Source: Longimicrobiales bacterium (GTDB taxonomy: Bacteria > Gemmatimonadota > Gemmatimonadetes > Longimicrobiales > Gaopeijiaceae). Taken from it: a stretch of 64,000 nt of DNA. A model generated the notes under the pieces. It worked only from the letters and a program-made list of their open reading frames with translations, had not been told where the DNA came from and did not search any database. The translations under genes were made by a program, and so were the position numbers. Numbering within the stretch: the first letter of the stretch is position 1; each line of letters starts with the position of its first letter. Where the stretch lies: the NCBI GenBank assembly GCA_965202805.1, contig OZ241869.1:2080001-2144000 (forward strand), given 5' to 3'. Of this stretch, positions 58,925 through 64,000 are shown piece by piece.

Positions 58925-61549
58925 ATGAACAGCTCCGCATCGCGACGCAGCTTCCTCCGCATTCCGCTCCTCTCCCCCGCGCTTCTTCTGCTCCCGGGCC
59001 TGGCCGCCGCCGGGCCGCTCTCCACGCCGGTCCCGGCCTCGGCCGCCCAGCAAGGCTACGAGTACCCGGACCCGTTCCCGGGGGGGTACCCGTCGCTCGC
59101 GGGCGCCGGTGGCGCGGGGCGGATGTACATGGAGAGCTATTTCCCCCCGCCGGTGACGGCTTCCCCCACCTACCCCGCGTGGTCGCCCGACGGTGAAGAA
59201 CTGGCGTTTGCTTACCAGGGGAGGATCTGGATCGTCCCGGTCGAGGGCGGGACCGCGAGCCAGTTGAGCGGCGGCCCCGGCTACCATTCCCAGCCCAGCT
59301 GGTCGCCCGACGGGCGGCAGGTCGCCTACGCGGCCGACATCGACCGCAACTTCGACATCTTCGTGGTGGACGTTGCCACCGGCGCGTCGCGGCGGCTGAC
59401 CGACCACCCCTTTCTGGACCTCCGGCCCCGCTGGTCGCCCGACGGCTCGCGCATCCTCTTCACCACCGAGCGCGACGGCACCTTCGACCTCTGGGCCTAC
59501 GACCTGGCGCGCGCGGCCGCCGAGCCGGTGATCGCCGATCCCGACGTGAACGACATGGCCGGGGACTGGGTCGGTTCGAGCGGCGACATCGTCTTCGTGT
59601 CCCGGCGGGGCGAGGCCGCGCTGGGCTCGGGCTCGCTCTGGCGCTGGCGCGCGGAGACCGGGGAATCCGAACTCCTCATCCGCATCGAGACCAACTACCA
59701 GGCGGCGCCGGTCGTCGCCTCCCACGGGGGCATCGTCGCGTACATCACCGACGCGTCCGGCAACAACGATCTCTACGCCGTCCCCAGTGCAAGGTCGCTG
59801 CGCGGCATCCAGCCGGTGCGCCTCACGCACACGCGCACGGACGAGTACTTCCCGTCATGGTCACCGGATGGCGAGCGCATCGTTTTTGCCCGCAACGGCG
59901 GCACCGACGACCAGCCACGCACCATCGACAGCGGGATGGGCTTCGCCCTGTACACGGTCGGGCGGGGTGGCGGGCAGCCGCGGCGGGTGCGCATCGACGG
60001 CTACGCGTGGTCGGAGCCGACCGGCCAGCTGCGGGTGCGCGTCACCGACTCCGACGGGGAGCTGCTGCCGTCGCGCATCTATCTGACGGGCGCCGACGGG
60101 CGGGCCTACTTCCCCCACGGCAGCTATCCGCGCGTCGTCAGCGTGACCGAGGACTACTACTTCCACAGCGACGGCAGCTTCACGGTGACCCTCCCCGCCG
60201 GCGAGGCGAGCCTCGAGGCCTGGCGCGGCTTCGAATACGAGCCCGTCTCGCGCCCCGTCGAAGTGCGGGCGGGCGAGCACACCATCGTCGAGGTCCAGCT
60301 CGACCGCTGGATCGACATGGCCGCCGACGGCTGGTATTCGGGTGACAACCACATCCATCCCAACTACGGAGGCCACTACTTCATCACCCCGGCCGATCTC
60401 GGCGACAAGGCGCGGGCCGAAGACCTGAACGTGGCCAACGGCATGATCGCCAACTACTGGGGCAACAGCCGGGTCGAGGACCTGGAGCACTTTCTCGGCC
60501 GGCCGCATCCGCATCCGCACGACGACCCCAGGACCATCGTCTACTACAACGAGGAATACCGGCCCAGCTACTTCGCCCACATGTCGCTGCTGAACCTGGT
60601 CGAGCTGATCACGCCCTTCTACATCGGCTCGGTCGGCACCGCCCACCACGCCCTCTATCCCGACAACGCGCACGTTCTTCGCCGCGTCCACGAACAGGGC
60701 GGCATCGGTGGCTACGTGCATCCCTTCGGGCTCCGGCACCGCGACCCGAATGCCGCCGGAGCCGGCTCCGCCCGAGAGTTGCCCGTGGATGCCATCCTCG
60801 GCCTGGCGGACTTCGTGGACGTGGCCTGCATCTGGAGCGACGAGCTGGGAACGGCCGAGGTATGGTATCGCCTGCTCAACACCGGATCCCGCATTCCCGC
60901 GACGGCGGGCACGGATGTGATGTCGGACATCTGGCGGCACCCCGCGGTCGGCACCACGCGCACCTATGTCTACACCGGCGAGGATCAGCTCGACTACGAC
61001 GCGTGGGCCGACGCCATGGCGGCGGGACGCGCCTTCGTGACCAGCGGCCCCATCCTCACGCTCGATGTCTCGGGCAGGGAAATGGGCGAGGAACTGCAGG
61101 TCGCCGCGGGCGACAGGGTTACGGTGAACGCCACCGCCGAGTCGCTATTCCGCATGCACCGTCTGGAGATCGTCCAGGACGGGCACGTGGTGCATGCCGT
61201 CGAAGCCGACGGCGACGGCAAGTCGCTGAGCGCCGAGCTGGAGCTCCCGGTCGAAAACTCAGGCTGGATCGCCGCGCGCGCCCTGGGGCCGCCACAGCAC
61301 GGCGCCATGGACAGCTACCTGTTCGCGCACACCAACCCGGTCTTCGTCATCGCCGACGACGAGCCCATCCGCTCCCGGGAAGACGCCGCATTCTTCGTGC
61401 GCTGGATCGATCAGGTGCTGTACGAACTGCGGTTCATGGACCGCTGGGACGATCCCGCCCACAAGGCCGAGGTGCTCGCCACCTTCGAGGAAGGGCGCCG
61501 CCTCTACCAGGCGCAGATCGAAGAGCTGGACGCTGCCGTGCCCAGGTAG
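58925..61549 (+). CDS. Tat-signal TolB-like (PD40) propeller fused to a CehA/McbA-type PHP-fold metallohydrolase
   Basis: SRRSFL; four WSPDG; WYSGDNHIH, NEEY, AHM, YVHP, WYRLLN, AGTD, RTYV, TSGP, AHTNP. Confidence 0.8.
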   Translation: MNSSASRRSFLRIPLLSPALLLLPGLAAAGPLSTPVPASAAQQGYEYPDPFPGGYPSLAGAGGAGRMYMESYFPPPVTASPTYPAWSPDGEELAFAYQGRIWIVPVEGGTASQLSGGPGYHSQPSWSPDGRQVAYAADIDRNFDIFVVDVATGASRRLTDHPFLDLRPRWSPDGSRILFTTERDGTFDLWAYDLARAAAEPVIADPDVNDMAGDWVGSSGDIVFVSRRGEAALGSGSLWRWRAETGESELLIRIETNYQAAPVVASHGGIVAYITDASGNNDLYAVPSARSLRGIQPVRLTHTRTDEYFPSWSPDGERIVFARNGGTDDQPRTIDSGMGFALYTVGRGGGQPRRVRIDGYAWSEPTGQLRVRVTDSDGELLPSRIYLTGADGRAYFPHGSYPRVVSVTEDYYFHSDGSFTVTLPAGEASLEAWRGFEYEPVSRPVEVRAGEHTIVEVQLDRWIDMAADGWYSGDNHIHPNYGGHYFITPADLGDKARAEDLNVANGMIANYWGNSRVEDLEHFLGRPHPHPHDDPRTIVYYNEEYRPSYFAHMSLLNLVELITPFYIGSVGTAHHALYPDNAHVLRRVHEQGGIGGYVHPFGLRHRDPNAAGAGSARELPVDAILGLADFVDVACIWSDELGTAEVWYRLLNTGSRIPATAGTDVMSDIWRHPAVGTTRTYVYTGEDQLDYDAWADAMAAGRAFVTSGPILTLDVSGREMGEELQVAAGDRVTVNATAESLFRMHRLEIVQDGHVVHAVEADGDGKSLSAELELPVENSGWIAARALGPPQHGAMDSYLFAHTNPVFVIADDEPIRSREDAAFFVRWIDQVLYELRFMDRWDDPAHKAEVLATFEEGRRLYQAQIEELDAAVPR

Positions 61550-61643
61550 ACGCCTCGACTCAACCGCCGTCGCACCGGTCCCTGACCTGGTCCATCGCCG
61601 ACTCCGGCCCGGCCCGGATCCACGACGCGCCCGTTTGGAGTCC

Positions 61644-62240
61644 TCAGTGCCGGTGATCCTCCCGCCCCTGGTGCAGGACCACGTGCAGGAGGGTGCCCGC
61701 CACGAAGGCCTCCAGGAGGTGGCTGTCGATAAAAGCCAGGTCGGTCATCACGCCACTGCCCACCACGTATCCCGCCACTGTTGCGACCATGATGGCCCCC
61801 ACCCCGCCGCCTGCCACCAGCGTGCCGTGGCGCGGCACCACCAGCCACCATATCAGAAGCCCCACGGCCACGCGGTGCAACACCACCGTCAGGACGAAGG
61901 CCGGGGAAGCGCCGGCCGTGAGCGCGCTCCCCTCCAGCAGCGCATGCAGGGAGATGCCCAGCACGGCGAAGAGGATGGTCACGTCGTCGGTGTAGCGGGC
62001 CAGGGTATGGGACAGTCGCTCGACCACGGCGACCAGCCCGGCCCCGAGCGCCACCACGACGACGGGCACCAGGCTCCGTTCGGCCCAGGCATGCGGCAGC
62101 ACCTGGATCGCCACGAGCACCGGCAGAGCGACAATGACGGCCGTATCGAGCAGCCGGACCGTGCGCGCCCGGTGGTGCAGCGTGACGTAGATGAGCACCC
62201 CCGCGAGGGGGGCGAGCAGCGCTGAAACGAGAGGGAACAT
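61644..62240 (-). CDS. Membrane protein, ZIP-like metal transporter domain
   Basis: About seven TM helices; LHALLEG, VLHR, GTLLHVVLH; His-rich C-terminus. Confidence 0.55.
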   Translation of the reverse strand: MFPLVSALLAPLAGVLIYVTLHHRARTVRLLDTAVIVALPVLVAIQVLPHAWAERSLVPVVVVALGAGLVAVVERLSHTLARYTDDVTILFAVLGISLHALLEGSALTAGASPAFVLTVVLHRVAVGLLIWWLVVPRHGTLVAGGGVGAIMVATVAGYVVGSGVMTDLAFIDSHLLEAFVAGTLLHVVLHQGREDHRH

Positions 62241-62336
62241 GGACACAACATTAGCGGCTTCGTCAACTTGCGCGGAGAAACCCCGGGGGCTATTCCTCTA
62301 CGGTTAGACGTCTTCAGGATCGTGGAGAGGAATGTC

Positions 62337-64000
62337 ATGCGTGGACTCGCGGCGTCCGGCCTCATCTCGGGACTTCTGCTGGCGGGCGGAAGCAGCTTCG
62401 TCGGCCAGGGTGCGGCCGGGCCGGATCGGGGACCTGCAGCGCGCGCAGACGAGCCCCATGCCGTCGTCGCGAGCCACGGCTCCGGCACCGTTCCCAGCGA
62501 AGAGCTCACCGCGGTGGTGGTGCGCTACTGCCAGGTCTGCCACAACGACTTTCTCCAGACCGGAAACCTCTCCCTGATCGGCTTCGATGTCGCCGCCGCC
62601 TCCACTGCGCCGGAGACGGCGGAGAAGATGATACAGAAGCTGCGGGCCGAGATGATGCCGCCCCCGGGGATCCCTCGTCCGGGGGGCGACACCCTCCTGA
62701 TGCTGGTCGAGACCCTCGAGGCCAACATGGACCGGGCCGCCGCCGAAGCCCCCAACCCGGGCGGCCGCACCTTCCAGAGGCTGAATCGCGCCGAGTACCA
62801 GAGTTCCATCCGCGACCTTCTCGAGATCGAAATCGATGCGGCGAACTTCCTCCCGCTCGACACCAAGAGCGCGAACTTCGACAACATCGCCGACGTGCAG
62901 GCGCTCTCGCCGACGCTTCTGAGCGCGTATCTGAAGGCCGCCAGCGAAATCTCGCGCCTCGCGGTCGGCAACCCGCTCGCGGGGAACCAGGAGACCACCT
63001 ACCGCATCCCCCGGCTGGCTTCCCAGCGGGAGCGGGTGCCGGGCGCGCCCTACGGTTCGCGCGGCGGCACCTCCGTCGTGCACAACTTCCCCGCCGACGG
63101 GACCTACGAGTTCAGCGTTTCCTTCCACTACTCGCCGGAAGGCTACCTGTTCGGCCGCAACGAACCCGGCGAACAGGTAGACATCTCCATCGACGGCGAG
63201 CAGGTCGCGCTGCTCCCCATCGACCGCTTCATGGGCGAGGTCGATCCCGGCGGAAAGGGCCTGATCCTCGAGACCGGCCCCATCCAGGTGCGCGCCGGTC
63301 CCCACCGCGTCTCCGCGGTCTTCATCCCGACCGAGCGCGGCCCGGTGGACGACCTCTTCTCGGCGCACGGCCACAGCATCGCCGACACCCAGATCGGCAT
63401 CGGCTACGGGCTCACCATGCCGCCCCACATCCGCGACCTGGTGATCAAGGGACCAGCCAGGGTGACGGGCGTTTCGGACACCCCGAGCCGCCGCAGGATC
63501 TTCTCCTGCCGTCCCACGGGACCGGACGAGGTCCGGCCGTGTGCCCGCACCATCATCGAGCGGATCGCGACCGACGCCTACCGCAGGCCTGTGGACGACG
63601 CGGACCTGAGCGGCCTGATGGCCTTCTACGACCAGGGCGAGCAGGAGACCGGCTTCGAAGGGGGCATCCGCTATGCCCTGGAGGCGATCCTCGCCAGCCC
63701 GCACTTCATCTTCCGCTTCGAGGAGTGGCCGGAGGGAGTGGAGCCGGGCGAGACATATCGCATCAGCGACGTCGACCTGGCCTCCCGCCTCTCCTTCTTC
63801 CTCTGGGCGTCGCCTCCGGACCAGGAGCTGGCGAGCGTGGCGCGCGCCAACCGGCTTTCGGGACGGACGTTGCGCGAACAGACGCTGCGCATGCTGGCCG
63901 ACCCCCGCTCGAGCGCGCTCAGCAGCCGTTTCGCGGCGCAGTGGCTGCGCCTGTCGGACCTGGAGAAGCTGAACCCGGACATGGTGCTCTTCCCGGACTA
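62337..64000 (+). CDS. DUF1587/DUF1595/DUF1592-type c-heme protein (planctomycete PSD/PSCyt family), 3'-truncated by the window edge
   Basis: GGAGAGG RBS; CQVCH; KLRAEMMPP, QRLNRAEY, FDNIAD, AYRRP, ILASPHFIFR, LASRLSFFLW, FAAQWL; missing from the ORF track because it has no stop. Confidence 0.88.
   Translation, partial: MRGLAASGLISGLLLAGGSSFVGQGAAGPDRGPAARADEPHAVVASHGSGTVPSEELTAVVVRYCQVCHNDFLQTGNLSLIGFDVAAASTAPETAEKMIQKLRAEMMPPPGIPRPGGDTLLMLVETLEANMDRAAAEAPNPGGRTFQRLNRAEYQSSIRDLLEIEIDAANFLPLDTKSANFDNIADVQALSPTLLSAYLKAASEISRLAVGNPLAGNQETTYRIPRLASQRERVPGAPYGSRGGTSVVHNFPADGTYEFSVSFHYSPEGYLFGRNEPGEQVDISIDGEQVALLPIDRFMGEVDPGGKGLILETGPIQVRAGPHRVSAVFIPTERGPVDDLFSAHGHSIADTQIGIGYGLTMPPHIRDLVIKGPARVTGVSDTPSRRRIFSCRPTGPDEVRPCARTIIERIATDAYRRPVDDADLSGLMAFYDQGEQETGFEGGIRYALEAILASPHFIFRFEEWPEGVEPGETYRISDVDLASRLSFFLWASPPDQELASVARANRLSGRTLREQTLRMLADPRSSALSSRFAAQWLRLSDLEKLNPDMVLFPD

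Overview
64 kb of very GC-rich, gene-dense bacterial chromosome. The gene set (many secreted peptidases, a TonB receptor, a DUF1592-type cytochrome protein, a cruF/crt cluster) suggests Gemmatimonadota or a similar lineage; this is inference only. I saw no rRNA, tRNA, CRISPR array, integrase or transposase. Most notable: (1) a heme-copper 'oxidase' operon whose subunit I has HSSQQ instead of HPxVY, the eNOR nitric-oxide-reductase signature, divergent from a cytochrome b-2x[4Fe-4S]-MvhD/FlpD fusion; (2) an AAA+/DUF4143 ATPase-nuclease gene preceded by four direct repeats at exact 23-bp period plus a perfect 24-bp palindrome, and an orphan motif cluster with one 23-bp spacing at 9.3 kb; (3) two copies of a 44-bp palindrome (14-bp arms, 16-bp spacer) bracketing a TonB receptor/lipoprotein pair; (4) an HD-oxygenase-like + GBBH-like dioxygenase + MTHFR-like module; (5) two lower-GC genes inserted antisense inside a TRAP operon; (6) a CarH-like regulator-cruF-crtE/crtB-crtI cluster in which crtE-crtB looks like a frameshifted fusion; (7) a CDF transporter lacking its metal-site residues. 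All family calls come from motif recognition by eye; no database searches were run.
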